Positions 28,151 to 38,626 of a stretch of DNA of 64,000 bases are shown here, piece by piece; positions within the stretch are counted from its first letter, which is position 1, and each line of letters opens with the position of its first letter. Under the pieces are notes generated by a model. That model was given only the letters and a program-made list of their open reading frames with translations, was not told the origin of the DNA and did not search any database. The stretch is from Microcoleus sp. (GTDB taxonomy: Bacteria; Cyanobacteriota; Cyanobacteriia; Cyanobacteriales; Microcoleaceae): contig CP181291.1 of the NCBI GenBank assembly GCA_052279835.1, positions 3,264,001 through 3,328,000 of the forward strand, in the 5' to 3' direction. The position numbers and the translations under genes were made by a program.

Positions 28151-28768
28151 ATGCGAATTTTTAATCAGTCTCCTCCTTCTGAAACAGAAACCAAGAAACG
28201 GATTTTACAAGCGGCTCAACGCTTGTTTGCTCGCAGTGGATACGATGGCACCACTACTCGCGATTTAGCAGCCGCCGCGGGAGTGGCAGAGGGGACTCTG
28301 TTTCGGCATTTTGATAATAAAAAAGCAATCTTGATTGAGGTAGCGACAGAAGGATGGGTGGAATTACTGACGGATTTGTTGACGGAATTAAGCGAAATGG
28401 GCAGTTACAAAGCTGTGGCTCAGGTAATGCGGCGGCGGATGCTGAATATCCGCGAGAATAGCGACATGATGCGGGTGTGTTTTTTGGAGGCGCAATTTCA
28501 CCCAGATTTGCGGGATAGAATTCAGTTAGAAGTAATTGGCAAGATGAGTGAGGTAGCCGAGGCTTTTTTTGAAACAGCAATGGAAAAAGGAGTTTATCGG
28601 AAGATGAATCCGAAGATTGTGGCTCAGGTGTTTTTGGGGATGTTTGCAGTGGCAGGTTTTAGTCAAAATACGATTATGGAGCCTAATGCTTCTCCGCAGC
28701 AAATGCAGGAAATGGCAGAAGGACTCGCCGACATTTTTCTAAATGGGGTTTTAATTAAAGATGAGTAA
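28151..28768 (+). CDS. TetR/AcrR family regulator
   Basis: ILQAAQRLF...TTTRDLAAAAGVAEGTLFRHF. Confidence 0.93.
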   Translation: MRIFNQSPPSETETKKRILQAAQRLFARSGYDGTTTRDLAAAAGVAEGTLFRHFDNKKAILIEVATEGWVELLTDLLTELSEMGSYKAVAQVMRRRMLNIRENSDMMRVCFLEAQFHPDLRDRIQLEVIGKMSEVAEAFFETAMEKGVYRKMNPKIVAQVFLGMFAVAGFSQNTIMEPNASPQQMQEMAEGLADIFLNGVLIKDE

Positions 28769-29131
28769 TTACTCAATAAATTCGTACATTTGTTGCACCC
28801 AATTCTCCCGGTATTCCTGCCATTCCTCCGTCACTACTTCCCAAGTTGTATTGCTTTCTAGTTCCAATAATAAACTTGAAACTTCTTCAAGAGTCGAGGC
28901 TATTTGACATTCTTTGAGCCAACTTTTCCGAAGCTTTTTCCATTGACTTTGTAGGGCTTCGGGCTGAAAATTTGATTCTAATTCAACTAGCAATTGTGCT
29001 AGTTGTTTTTCGTCAATGGCTGCTGAAACCTCGCTCACCCAATCGTCGCGAATTTGTTTCCATTCTTCCGTCACTGCTTCCCATTCAAGGTTTGCTTCAA
29101 ACTCTAACAGTAATTGGTTTAGTTCTACCAT
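28769..29131 (-). CDS. Hypothetical acidic Trp-rich repeat protein
   Basis: From ATG 29131: three ~40-aa repeats LLxELESN..WE.V..EW...R..W. Confidence 0.7.
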   Translation of the reverse strand: MVELNQLLLEFEANLEWEAVTEEWKQIRDDWVSEVSAAIDEKQLAQLLVELESNFQPEALQSQWKKLRKSWLKECQIASTLEEVSSLLLELESNTTWEVVTEEWQEYRENWVQQMYEFIE

Positions 29132-29203
29132 AGTCAATGTTGTATTTTTGGCAGTTTGTGTTATTTTACAACTTTTGTTTAAAAATAATGTTAAATTTTT
29201 ATA

Positions 29204-30079
29204 ATGATTAATCAATTGACTTTAGAGTGGCTAGAGACTTTAGGTGGTTGGAGTCGTGGGGAAGGGGATTGGCTAGGAGTCGCGGCGGTTATGGCTAGGG
29301 GGGAAAGGGTAGAAGTAATTCAAGAAGTGGGTTCTATGTTGTGGAAAGATTCTTTACCACAAGGACACTCATTGTCTTGGGATGGTGACAATCTTTCACT
29401 TGTCAAAGCGAGAATTTGGATTAGTTTTAGGCACAGAAGATTGTCGCCGGCATCGGCTTTGCCACAGGTGCAATGGCATCCGAAAGTATTATGGGTAGGG
29501 ATAGGTTGCACCGGGGGAACATCGAGAAAATTCATCGAAAGCGCGATTAAACAAGTATGTAGCAGTTATCATTTAGCGTCCAGTGCGATCGCCGGTATTG
29601 CGACAATAGACACGAAAGCCAATGAAGCTGGAATTATGGAACTTTGTCACGATAACAACTGGCCTTTGAAAACTTTTTCTGCTAGTGTCTTAAATTCTGT
29701 AGAAGTTCCCCATCCTTCAAATATGGTAGTGGCAAAAGTCGGGACTAAAAGTGTAGCAGAAGCCGCTGCACTTTTTGCGATCGAACTTAGATATTGTCCC
29801 ATTGTCAAAAACAGGCAAGATGCCTGTTCCACAAACAGTGAATATTGTTGTGGGGTGGGCAAGATGCCCACCCATGAAAGGCTTTTAGTTTCTAAAAAAA
29901 TATTTCGATCGGAAGAAAAAGCAGGCTCTGTAACTGTAGCAGTGGCGGTTTGCCCGATCGCACATCTAAGATCAGATGTTACAGATCCAAAGAGCGATCG
30001 GCATTCACAAATCGACCAATCAAGCCAGAAACAAAGGACAAAACAATTGAACCAAACAAAGCAGGCCAAAAACCATTAA
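29204..30079 (+). CDS. cbiG: CbiG/CobE-type cobalamin biosynthesis protein (C-terminal domain)
   Basis: LWVGIGC, IATIDTKANE, VGTKSVAEAAAL, VTVAVA. Confidence 0.75.
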   Translation: MINQLTLEWLETLGGWSRGEGDWLGVAAVMARGERVEVIQEVGSMLWKDSLPQGHSLSWDGDNLSLVKARIWISFRHRRLSPASALPQVQWHPKVLWVGIGCTGGTSRKFIESAIKQVCSSYHLASSAIAGIATIDTKANEAGIMELCHDNNWPLKTFSASVLNSVEVPHPSNMVVAKVGTKSVAEAAALFAIELRYCPIVKNRQDACSTNSEYCCGVGKMPTHERLLVSKKIFRSEEKAGSVTVAVAVCPIAHLRSDVTDPKSDRHSQIDQSSQKQRTKQLNQTKQAKNH

Positions 30080-30350
30080 CGGCAAAACCGATACTGAAGA
30101 CACTAGCCAACCACGAAGCCAAGGAAAGCGAAATCGCATTCACCACAAATAAAAACAAACCCAAAGAAAGAATGCTCAAAGGCAGAGTCAACAATGTCAG
30201 AATCGGCCGCACCACCGCATTCACAAACCCGATCGCCACGGCTGCGAGCATCGCCGCCGGAAAGCTAACTACCGCGATACCTGGTACAATTTTAGCTGTA
30301 ATCACCAGCGAAACTGCTGCTACTACCCAAGTTAATAAAAAACTTAGCAT
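29979..30350 (-). CDS. YvlD/DUF360 4-TM 'phage holin family' membrane protein
   Basis: VNAVVRPILTLLTLPLSILSLGLFLFVVNA. Confidence 0.88.
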   Translation of the reverse strand: MLSFLLTWVVAAVSLVITAKIVPGIAVVSFPAAMLAAVAIGFVNAVVRPILTLLTLPLSILSLGLFLFVVNAISLSLASWLASVFSIGFAVNGFWPALFGSIVLSFVSGLIGRFVNADRSLDL

Positions 30351-30459
30351 ATCGTTTTTTTCATCTCCATCACTATTAATTGAGATTTTAACTCTTTAGT
30401 CGATCGCCCAAAGTTCGGAATACACTACCAAATATCCACCTTGCGACAACACCCAACTT

Positions 30460-30957
30460 ATGAGACTCCGGCTACTAGCTACCTTCCTATTGACACTCTG
30501 TATCTTAATCTTCCCCCTGCCGGCTTGGGGCCAATCTAAATATTATGCCCCACCCCTGTCCTTTAGCAACGCCGAACTGACAAGACGCGATTTTTCCGGT
30601 CAAGTCTTGCGGGCTGCGGAATTTTCTAATGCTAACATGGACTTGACTAATTTTTCTAAGGCCGATTTGCGGGGAGCAATTATGAGTGCTTCGGTGATGA
30701 CTCAGGCGAATTTGCATGGAGCAAATTTAACTAATGCAATGATCGATCAAGTTAAATTTACTAATGCAGATCTGAGTGATGCTATTTTAGCAGAAACTAT
30801 TTTGCTGCGTTCTACCTTTGAGGGAGTTAATATCACCGGGGCTGATTTTACTGATGCCATTATGGACGGCGCACAAATCAAAGAATTGTGCAAAATAGCT
30901 AGTGGGAGTAATTCACAAACTGGCATTGATACTCGCGATTCTTTGGGATGTCGCTGA
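30460..30957 (+). CDS. Pentapeptide repeat protein with signal peptide
   Basis: A(D/N)LXX repeats; C-terminal LC...TRDSLGC. Confidence 0.9.
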   Translation: MRLRLLATFLLTLCILIFPLPAWGQSKYYAPPLSFSNAELTRRDFSGQVLRAAEFSNANMDLTNFSKADLRGAIMSASVMTQANLHGANLTNAMIDQVKFTNADLSDAILAETILLRSTFEGVNITGADFTDAIMDGAQIKELCKIASGSNSQTGIDTRDSLGCR

Positions 30958-31004
30958 AGTCCTCGGAGGGCCAGCACGGCGGCACAGCCCCTACCAACAA
31001 TGAA

Positions 31005-31212
31005 ACCACCTTGGGGCGTTCTTCTTCCTTCTTCCTTCTTTTCCCCCCTTGGGGGAGGTAGGGGCGGTTCTTCTTCCTTTCCTTCTTCCTTCTTCCTTCT
31101 TTCCCCCCTTGGGGGGGGCAGGGGGGGGGTTCTTCTTCCTTCTTTTCCCCCCTTGGGGGGGCAGGGGGGGGTTCTTCTTCCTTCTTCCTTCTTCTTTCTT
31201 CCTTCTTCCTTC
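31005..31212. repeat. CTTCTTC / CCCCCTTGGGGG composite repeat
   Basis: Same family as 26070-26274. Confidence 0.8.
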
Positions 31213-31217
31213 TAATT

Positions 31218-31598
31218 ATGAACACCAAAACTTCTAAATCTGGCAATTTGATGATGCGGTTGGCATTAAGTGCGATCGCCTTTTCCACTTTTTTCCTACC
31301 TCAACCAACCTTAGCTCAAGCTAGTAGCTTAACCAATCCCCAGCCCCTGCAAGACTTTCAAACTAACGACAATCCCGATCCTTTTTCCGGCGGCAATGGC
31401 GGCAGCCGAGTATTGGATTTAATTCACCGATCCAGATTGGGAAACGGCCGCAGCATGGAAGAATTTAGTAGCGAACAGCGACAAAATTTAAACGATGCGG
31501 CCGCCGAATTTCGGAACAAACAGCGGCTACTGCTGGAAAAACCAGCAGTACCTTCACCAGAGGAAACACCCACTGAAATTACCGCACCTGTTCCCTAA
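31218..31598 (+). CDS. Conserved hypothetical exported protein
   Basis: Signal peptide (TLAQ); DLIHR and NLNDAAAEFR motifs. Confidence 0.7.
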   Translation: MNTKTSKSGNLMMRLALSAIAFSTFFLPQPTLAQASSLTNPQPLQDFQTNDNPDPFSGGNGGSRVLDLIHRSRLGNGRSMEEFSSEQRQNLNDAAAEFRNKQRLLLEKPAVPSPEETPTEITAPVP

Positions 31599-31659
31599 AT
31601 TTCCTCCTACTTTGTTAGTGCGCGCACCATCGGGACAAAAGTTTGTGTAAACGCGGTTT

Positions 31660-32424
31660 TTAACCGCCTGGATTTGCCTTGACAAACCCCCCAAATACGG
31701 CCATACCGTAATATTTCCAAGGGACTGCGATCGCCTCAAATCCCGCTTGGGCTAGCATGGCCAAATGTGTATAGAGTGTCGCTAGGCGATCGGGATGAGA
31801 ATACCCATAAGATACACTCGTCCCCACATTCCCGCGAATTTCTGCCAATTTTTCCCCCTGACTTGCAGCCCACTCTTCCCGCGCCACTTGATAAATCTTT
31901 TGCACGATCGCCGATTCTGCTAACATCGGATCGGCATTCCAAAAACAGCCATGAGGATTCAAATTTTCATAAATACGTTCAAACAATTTCAACTTCATTT
32001 CATCATCCAGATGATGAATTGCCAGAGATGAAATACAAGCATCAAATTTATCACGCAAACCAGAAAAATTCGGATTAGTTGCCCATTCTCCAAAATCCAA
32101 CTCGACTCCAGTCCACCTAGATCCATATCCTGCCAACTCTATTTTGGCACGAGCAAAATCAAGCATTCGTGGTGAATAATCCAAAGCCACTATTTCCGCA
32201 GATGGATAGCGTTGCAGAACTTTTAAACTAAGTTCTCCGGTACCGCAACCCAATTCTAAAATCCGGTGGTTTGCATTCAATATACAACCTGCTAATACAT
32301 CCAGCATTTCATCATATTTAGGCAAAATTCGCCGAATGCCCATATCAAAATCCGCAGTATTGATAAAAACTTCTCCCGGCAATATCTCCTTGTTTACAGG
32401 TAAGGCACTAGAATCAGAATTCAC
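31660..32424 (-). CDS. Class I SAM-dependent methyltransferase (CmoA-like)
   Basis: ILELGCGTG, LDYSPRM, SSLAIHH. Confidence 0.9.
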   Translation of the reverse strand: MNSDSSALPVNKEILPGEVFINTADFDMGIRRILPKYDEMLDVLAGCILNANHRILELGCGTGELSLKVLQRYPSAEIVALDYSPRMLDFARAKIELAGYGSRWTGVELDFGEWATNPNFSGLRDKFDACISSLAIHHLDDEMKLKLFERIYENLNPHGCFWNADPMLAESAIVQKIYQVAREEWAASQGEKLAEIRGNVGTSVSYGYSHPDRLATLYTHLAMLAQAGFEAIAVPWKYYGMAVFGGFVKANPGG

Positions 32425-32664
32425 GATCGCTAACCAGAGACTACAATTGTTATCTTAACCGACATACATAAATAACTACAACTAGCGTTATTAAGTTATG
32501 CGTACTTTTACGGATAACTCAAGCCATTGCAGTAAACAAGTATAAACAACCTCTGACACTCTACTGTCTTTCTTTAAATCTGATGCCCTAAAAATCCCCT
32601 AAAAAAGCAGTGTTATGTTGGTAGTAAATCAAAATAACCATCAAACCTCACACTTGAGGATACC

Positions 32665-34140
32665 ATGCAACACTTAATTTCTGGCAGTCTGGCGGCGATC
32701 GGCAAATTAGTTTACAAACGAGTTATCCTAGCAGTAACAATCCTATTCTGTGTAGGTGTAGCCATAGCGATGACCAATATGTCGGAGCTTTCATCCACCC
32801 TAATTACATCCCAAGCACTCCAAAATGCCACCCTCTATGCCCAAGCCATTAAAGAAGCCCGCACCCTTTACAGTTCCGATGCTATCAAACCCCTAACCAC
32901 CGCTAATGCGATTAGCTTCACCCACGACTACAATCCCACAAAAACCAAAGTAACAGTACCAGTACCAGCAACATTTTTGATAGAACTCGGTCAACATATC
33001 ACCAACAAAAATCCAGAAGTGTCAGTTCGTCTGTACAGCAACTACCCATTTCCTTGGCGGGAAAAAGAAGGTGGGCCTAAAGACAATTTTGAACGAGAAG
33101 CCCTCAGCTATTTGACGAGAAATCCCACAGCCAACTTTTTTAGAAGAGAAGATTATCTCGGTAAACCAGCATTTCGATATGCAGAAGCAGACATTTTAAC
33201 TCCTAGCTGCGTTAATTGTCACAACACCAACTCCTACAGTCCCAAAAAAGACTGGAAAGTAGGAGATGTGCGGGGCATATTAGAAATTACTCAACCTCTC
33301 AATACCATCACTCAAAAAACTCACAGTGGACTCAAAAACTTGTTTTTCCTGTTAGTTGGACTTTCCGTATTAGGGATATCAGGATTAAGTTTAGCTATCA
33401 GTAGATTGCGTCAAAATGCTAAACAATTAGAGCAGCGTGTCCGGGAAAGAACTGCCCAATTGCAAGAGACAAATATAGAATTGGTAAAAGAACAAGAAAA
33501 GAGCGATCGCCTGTTGCTCAATATTTTACCAGAATCCATTGCCAACAAGTTAAAAGACGGTCAAAATACCATAGCTGATTCCTTCGCCGAAGTCACGATT
33601 TTGTTTGCTGATATCGTGGGCTTTACCGTACTCTCATCTCAGATATCTGCTGAAGAATTACTCATTTTTCTCAACGAAATATTTTCCGCCTTCGATAGTC
33701 TGACAGAAAAGTACGGTTTGGAAAAAATCAAGACCATTGGCGACGCTTATATGGTAGTTGGAGGCTTGCCAAATCCCAGTACCAACCACGCCGAAAATAT
33801 TGCCGAAATGGCTTTAGATATGCAGCAGGAATTAGTTAAATTTAACGCCAAACATCACGCGACAATTAGCCTTCGCATCGGCATCAATACTGGTCCCGCA
33901 ATCGCCGGAGTTATTGGTACTAAAAAATTCATTTATGACCTGTGGGGCGATGCCGTCAATACAGCGGCACGCATGGAATCCCATGGAACTCCTGGCACTA
34001 TTCAAGTCACCAAATCAACCTACCATATTTTGCGAAATAAATATCTGTTTGAAGACAGAGGAATTATCCAGGTTAAAGGCAAGGGTGATATGAATACTTA
34101 TCTGCTGTTGGGCAGATTAGTTAATTCACAGTCAGTTTAA
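32665..34140 (+). CDS. Membrane adenylate cyclase with DUF3365 (heme c) sensor domain
   Basis: Two TM helices, CVNCH motif, WKVGDVRG, FADIVGF, KTIGDAYM, YDLWGDAVNTAARME. Confidence 0.88.
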   Translation: MQHLISGSLAAIGKLVYKRVILAVTILFCVGVAIAMTNMSELSSTLITSQALQNATLYAQAIKEARTLYSSDAIKPLTTANAISFTHDYNPTKTKVTVPVPATFLIELGQHITNKNPEVSVRLYSNYPFPWREKEGGPKDNFEREALSYLTRNPTANFFRREDYLGKPAFRYAEADILTPSCVNCHNTNSYSPKKDWKVGDVRGILEITQPLNTITQKTHSGLKNLFFLLVGLSVLGISGLSLAISRLRQNAKQLEQRVRERTAQLQETNIELVKEQEKSDRLLLNILPESIANKLKDGQNTIADSFAEVTILFADIVGFTVLSSQISAEELLIFLNEIFSAFDSLTEKYGLEKIKTIGDAYMVVGGLPNPSTNHAENIAEMALDMQQELVKFNAKHHATISLRIGINTGPAIAGVIGTKKFIYDLWGDAVNTAARMESHGTPGTIQVTKSTYHILRNKYLFEDRGIIQVKGKGDMNTYLLLGRLVNSQSV

Positions 34141-34213
34141 ATTGTATAGGATAATTCAGGGGGCATTTTCATAAATACTGACTGTTCACTTCTTCGTTCT
34201 CATAATTAGCCAT

Positions 34214-35644
34214 TTGCCAAACAGTAATTTTATGTCATTCAGGATGTTGTCATTTTTAGGTTTTTTCAAATCTCGCTTATCTCGGCAAATAGCCCTGTGG
34301 GTATTTGCGAGCATTTTAGTAATAGAAGCAATTATTTTAGTTCCCTCTTATTTTCGGCGGGAAGATGAACTATTAATGCAATTAGAACAGGTATCTCGCG
34401 CTACTATTGATTCCCTAGTATTTTTGCTCAAACAAGATATCTCCGATCGCCTTTTTTTGGAAAACCAAGTAAAAACTGCTATCAAACAATCAAAAATCAT
34501 CTTAGGATTATCTATCTATATGACTAATGGTCAGCTAATATATACATTTGGCGAAGCACCAGAAATTAAATTAGAACAAACAAAAAATGAGCGAATATTA
34601 CGCAAGCACTCTCTAGATTGGAAACGCTATGATGTTGCTTGGACTAATGAATATCTGGGAGGAAATTATACTTTAATTGTGCGCCATGATGCTTCATCTG
34701 TTCAACCAGAATTATACGCATTTATCTGGCGCATCTCAATTTTAGTTTTGATTATAACAGCCTTTGTTACTACTGTGACCATGCTATTTTTAGGAGGAAC
34801 AGTAATTGCACCTATCTTGAGACTGCGGGATGACTTGATAGCTGCGGGAGAGGCTTTAAGCCAAAATCGCATACAACCAGATTTCTATTCTTTTTCAGTC
34901 AAGCGCGATGATGAATTAGGAGAAGTAATGGTGGCTTTCAATCAAATGTTTTGCCGAGTCTATAAAGAAATTGCCCAGCGGCAAGCAGCGGAAGAAATCT
35001 TGCGTGCCGAACAAGAAAACTCCGAACGTTTATTATTAAATATCTTACCAAAAACTATTGCCGATCGCCTAAAAATAGGTCAAATCAACATAGCCGACGG
35101 ATTTGCCGAAGTCACGATTTTGTTTGCGGATATTGTGGGATTTACCGAAATATCCTCCCGCACATCTCCTCAAGAATTAGTAGAATTACTGAACAAAATC
35201 TTTTCAGCCTTTGACCATTTGAGCGAGCAATATGGACTGGAAAAAATCAAAACAATCGGTGATAATTATATGGTAGCTGGCGGTTTACCAGTCTCCTGTG
35301 CAAATCACGCCGAATCTATTGCAGAAATGGCCCTAGAAATGCAGCAAGAAATTATGAAATTTAGCGACGAAAGCGGCCAACCACTCCAGATTCGGATTGG
35401 TATTAATACAGGCCCAGTAGTCGCCGGTGTCATCGGCACAAAAAAATTTATCTACGACTTATGGGGAGATGCTGTCAACACAGCAAGCCGCATGGAATCC
35501 CAAGGAGTTCCTGGTAAAATTCAAGTCAGTGATTCCACCTATCAATTGTTGTGCAATAAGTATTTATTGGAAATACGCGGTACAGTCAATGTCAAAGGTA
35601 AGGGAGACATGACTACTTATTATCTAATAGGCAGAAAAAATTAA
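34214..35644 (+). CDS. Membrane HAMP-domain adenylate cyclase
   Basis: Two TM helices, RDDELGEV HAMP, FADIVGF, KTIGDNYM, YDLWGDAVNTASRME. Confidence 0.9.
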   Translation: MPNSNFMSFRMLSFLGFFKSRLSRQIALWVFASILVIEAIILVPSYFRREDELLMQLEQVSRATIDSLVFLLKQDISDRLFLENQVKTAIKQSKIILGLSIYMTNGQLIYTFGEAPEIKLEQTKNERILRKHSLDWKRYDVAWTNEYLGGNYTLIVRHDASSVQPELYAFIWRISILVLIITAFVTTVTMLFLGGTVIAPILRLRDDLIAAGEALSQNRIQPDFYSFSVKRDDELGEVMVAFNQMFCRVYKEIAQRQAAEEILRAEQENSERLLLNILPKTIADRLKIGQINIADGFAEVTILFADIVGFTEISSRTSPQELVELLNKIFSAFDHLSEQYGLEKIKTIGDNYMVAGGLPVSCANHAESIAEMALEMQQEIMKFSDESGQPLQIRIGINTGPVVAGVIGTKKFIYDLWGDAVNTASRMESQGVPGKIQVSDSTYQLLCNKYLLEIRGTVNVKGKGDMTTYYLIGRKN

Positions 35645-35685
35645 AATAGGAGAAGTTGTGGACAAACGTGAGTCACGAGAAAGCT

Positions 35686-35779
35686 AACAACCAACAACCA
35701 ACAACAAATAACAAATAACAAATAACCCTTCGACTTCGCTGGCTGGCGACGCCAATTACCAATTACCAATTACCAATAA
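35686..35779. repeat. STRR heptamer arrays (AACAACC/AACAAAT and CCAATTA)
   Basis: Tandem 7-mers between convergent genes. Confidence 0.8.
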
Positions 35780-38512
35780 CTACCACTGTGGCCGAGAAGC
35801 CATCAAAGTAGTAGCAGCCTCGCTCGGTAACGGCTTAGCAAAAAAATAACCTTGCCCGTATTCGCAGCCGATCGCCCTTAACCTAGCCAATTGTGCCGCC
35901 GTCTCCACACCCTCCGCAATCACATCCATACCCAAAGCATGGGCGAGGGTAACAATCGTCCGCACGATCGCCACATTCTCCCCCTCGCTTTCTGTCTCCA
36001 TCAGCCCCACAAACGACTTATCAACCTTCAAAGTATCCGTCGGAAACCGACTCAAATAACTCAAAGAAGAATAACCAGTACCAAAATCATCAATTCCTAA
36101 CTTGACATTCAGGGCTTTCATATGCTTTAAAACCGCGATCGCCGACTCCACATCATCCATCACCACACTCTCAGTAATCTCCAACTTTAAACTCTCGGCA
36201 CTCAAACCCGTGGTTCCCAAAATCTCCTTAATTCGCGCCACCAAATCCGGCTGAGCAAACTGCTTCCCAGACAAATTTACACTCATCATCAAAGGTCGAT
36301 CGAAATCAAACATCCCCTCCCACAGACGCAACTGACGACAAGCCTCCTCCAACACCCACTCACCAAGCGGTACAATCGCCCCCGTCTCCTCAGCCACCGG
36401 AATAAACTTCACCGGCGACACCAAACCCCGCACCGGATGCTGCCAACGCACCAAAGCCTCAAACCCAATAATCCTCCCAGTTGCCAAACACACAAACGGC
36501 TGGTAGTGTAGCAAAAACTCCCCACGCTTGAGCGCCATCCGCAAATCCGTCTCCAACTGCAACCTCTCCAGGGCCAAATCGTGCATCGAAGCATTAAACA
36601 ACTGATACCTTCCCATCCCCAAAGCCTTCGCCCGATACATCGCCGTGTGGGCATCCCTGAGCAAATGTTCCGGCTGTTCCCTGACGGTAGCTGTGGCTTC
36701 GCCCCCCACCGCAATGCCGATGCTAGCAGTGACAAATACCTCTTGCCCTCTCAACTCAAAAGGTACAATTAAAGCTTGGTGAATGCGATCAGCCAAATTC
36801 AGCGCACTATCAACATCCGTATTTCTCACCAAAATCGCAAAATCGTCACCCCCCACCCGCGCCACAGTCTCCCCGTGGCAAAGACTTGCTCTCAACCGCA
36901 GCACAACCGACATCAGCAGTTCATCCCCCGCCAAATGACCCAAAGAATCATTAATTACCTTGAACCGGTCTAAATCCAAAAACAGCACCGCAAACAAATA
37001 ACTGGGGCGACCTCTAGTATTGCCGATCGCCCGCCCCAGACACTCCACAAACAAATCCCGGTTAGGCAAACCTGTCAGCGAATCGTGAAAAGCATCGTAA
37101 AGCTTTTTGTAAGCACTGACACCCACACCAGTCATCACCAAACCCAAAGTCGGCGACACCAGAGGCACCCACCCACCCACTGTAAAAATGCCAAAACTCA
37201 CCCCCAACAGCCCCACCAATACCCCAACCCCACACAATCCAGCCCGCAGAGGGTGCTGAATCCGCCAAGCTATAGTCCCCCCCAACACCGCCCAGGAAGC
37301 ATTCCACAAAATTTCTGCCCAAGATGGCCACATCCAAAAAAGCGATCGCCCATCCAACACTGCACTCAACAATTGGCTCAGCATTTGAGCGTGCAGCAGC
37401 ACCCCCGGCATTTTTGGACTTTGCTTAAGCGCTGGGCTATAGGGTGTCAAAAACAAATCTCTGGCACTAGGTGCTGTGGTCCCAATCAACACAATCTTGT
37501 CTTTCACCCAACTGGGATCAATTTCTCCCTTCAACACCTGCGTCATACTCACTTGTCGCGCCACGTTGTTAGCAGAATGGTATTGCAGCAAAATTTGGTA
37601 GCCTTTGGTGTCAATATTGGCATAGCCACCACTGTGAGGTTTTAAAGGTTGGAATTGTGCTTTACCCCAGTTGATTTGGTTGGCATGAACAGGGCTATCT
37701 TCTGGTTGCAACCTGTCTTTGAGATAAAGCAAAGCTAGTTGTACAGAAAATGAGAAAGCAATGGTTCGATCGGGTTTCGACACAGAAATCAAATTGCGAC
37801 GCACCACACCATCAGCGTCGAGCACGAAGTCGTTAAAGCCCACTCGCTCTGGTGGTATCCCCGGTGGTGCAGATACTCCCGGAGTTTCCCCATCGCTCAA
37901 TTTGTTGATGGCCACCACATTCGGTGCTTTCAGTTGCGCCAACAATTCCTGATGTCCCGGTGCTTGTGCCAAATCCCGGTACAAGTCCAAACCGATCGCC
38001 TTTGGATGATATTTTTGCAATTTTGTCAAGGTTTGAGCAAGTGCTCGATCGGTAATCGGAAATCTGCCCAAGGCTTGAATATCCGCCTCCGAAATACCCA
38101 CTACCAACAGTCTAGGATCTGTGCCCTTCGATGGCTGCAAGCGCACTAAAGAGTCAAAACTGCCTAATTCCCAGCTTTGGAACCCTCCCAACCGACGCAC
38201 TCCCAGATTCAGTAGCGTTACTGTTGCGCCCGCCAATACAGCAGGCAAAACCCATACTCGCCCACCTTGACAACTCAAACCCAGGGGAGTTAGGACAGAA
38301 AACAGCGATCGAATATTTTGAGATAATTTGGAACTCATCCGACAGTAAATCGCAGAAAGCAGAAGGTCGAAGGCATAATTAAACCTCATAAATTCAGAGA
38401 GAGAGCTTTGAGGCAGGCAGCAACTTCTGCCATCGGCAAAAATTGACCTATAGAAATTTGCTTCTCCCAGTCTGTTTTCACAGAATGGTTTCAGAAGTTG
38501 TGGCAAAAACAA
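35780..38512 (-). CDS. CHASE2-GGDEF-EAL c-di-GMP enzyme (true start probably further downstream)
   Basis: CHASE2 (IGLDLYRD, DGVVRR, PGVLLHA), TM helices, DSLTGLPNR, GGDDF, EALVRW, DDFGTGYSS. Confidence 0.9.
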   Translation of the reverse strand: MFLPQLLKPFCENRLGEANFYRSIFADGRSCCLPQSSLSEFMRFNYAFDLLLSAIYCRMSSKLSQNIRSLFSVLTPLGLSCQGGRVWVLPAVLAGATVTLLNLGVRRLGGFQSWELGSFDSLVRLQPSKGTDPRLLVVGISEADIQALGRFPITDRALAQTLTKLQKYHPKAIGLDLYRDLAQAPGHQELLAQLKAPNVVAINKLSDGETPGVSAPPGIPPERVGFNDFVLDADGVVRRNLISVSKPDRTIAFSFSVQLALLYLKDRLQPEDSPVHANQINWGKAQFQPLKPHSGGYANIDTKGYQILLQYHSANNVARQVSMTQVLKGEIDPSWVKDKIVLIGTTAPSARDLFLTPYSPALKQSPKMPGVLLHAQMLSQLLSAVLDGRSLFWMWPSWAEILWNASWAVLGGTIAWRIQHPLRAGLCGVGVLVGLLGVSFGIFTVGGWVPLVSPTLGLVMTGVGVSAYKKLYDAFHDSLTGLPNRDLFVECLGRAIGNTRGRPSYLFAVLFLDLDRFKVINDSLGHLAGDELLMSVVLRLRASLCHGETVARVGGDDFAILVRNTDVDSALNLADRIHQALIVPFELRGQEVFVTASIGIAVGGEATATVREQPEHLLRDAHTAMYRAKALGMGRYQLFNASMHDLALERLQLETDLRMALKRGEFLLHYQPFVCLATGRIIGFEALVRWQHPVRGLVSPVKFIPVAEETGAIVPLGEWVLEEACRQLRLWEGMFDFDRPLMMSVNLSGKQFAQPDLVARIKEILGTTGLSAESLKLEITESVVMDDVESAIAVLKHMKALNVKLGIDDFGTGYSSLSYLSRFPTDTLKVDKSFVGLMETESEGENVAIVRTIVTLAHALGMDVIAEGVETAAQLARLRAIGCEYGQGYFFAKPLPSEAATTLMASRPQW

Positions 38513-38626
38513 GTTTGCCTCAAATAATTGCTTGATTTCACAAAGTTTATAGGAACCTTAAGAATGTGTCAGTCCTGGTAGGGTTAAAATTTAGTCGATA
38601 GACTTTCAGAATTTTTTTTTGAGATT

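Noticed and set aside
29979..30350. Prophage, from the 'phage holin' label
   Set aside because: YvlD/DUF360 is a common chromosomal membrane protein and no other phage genes are present.
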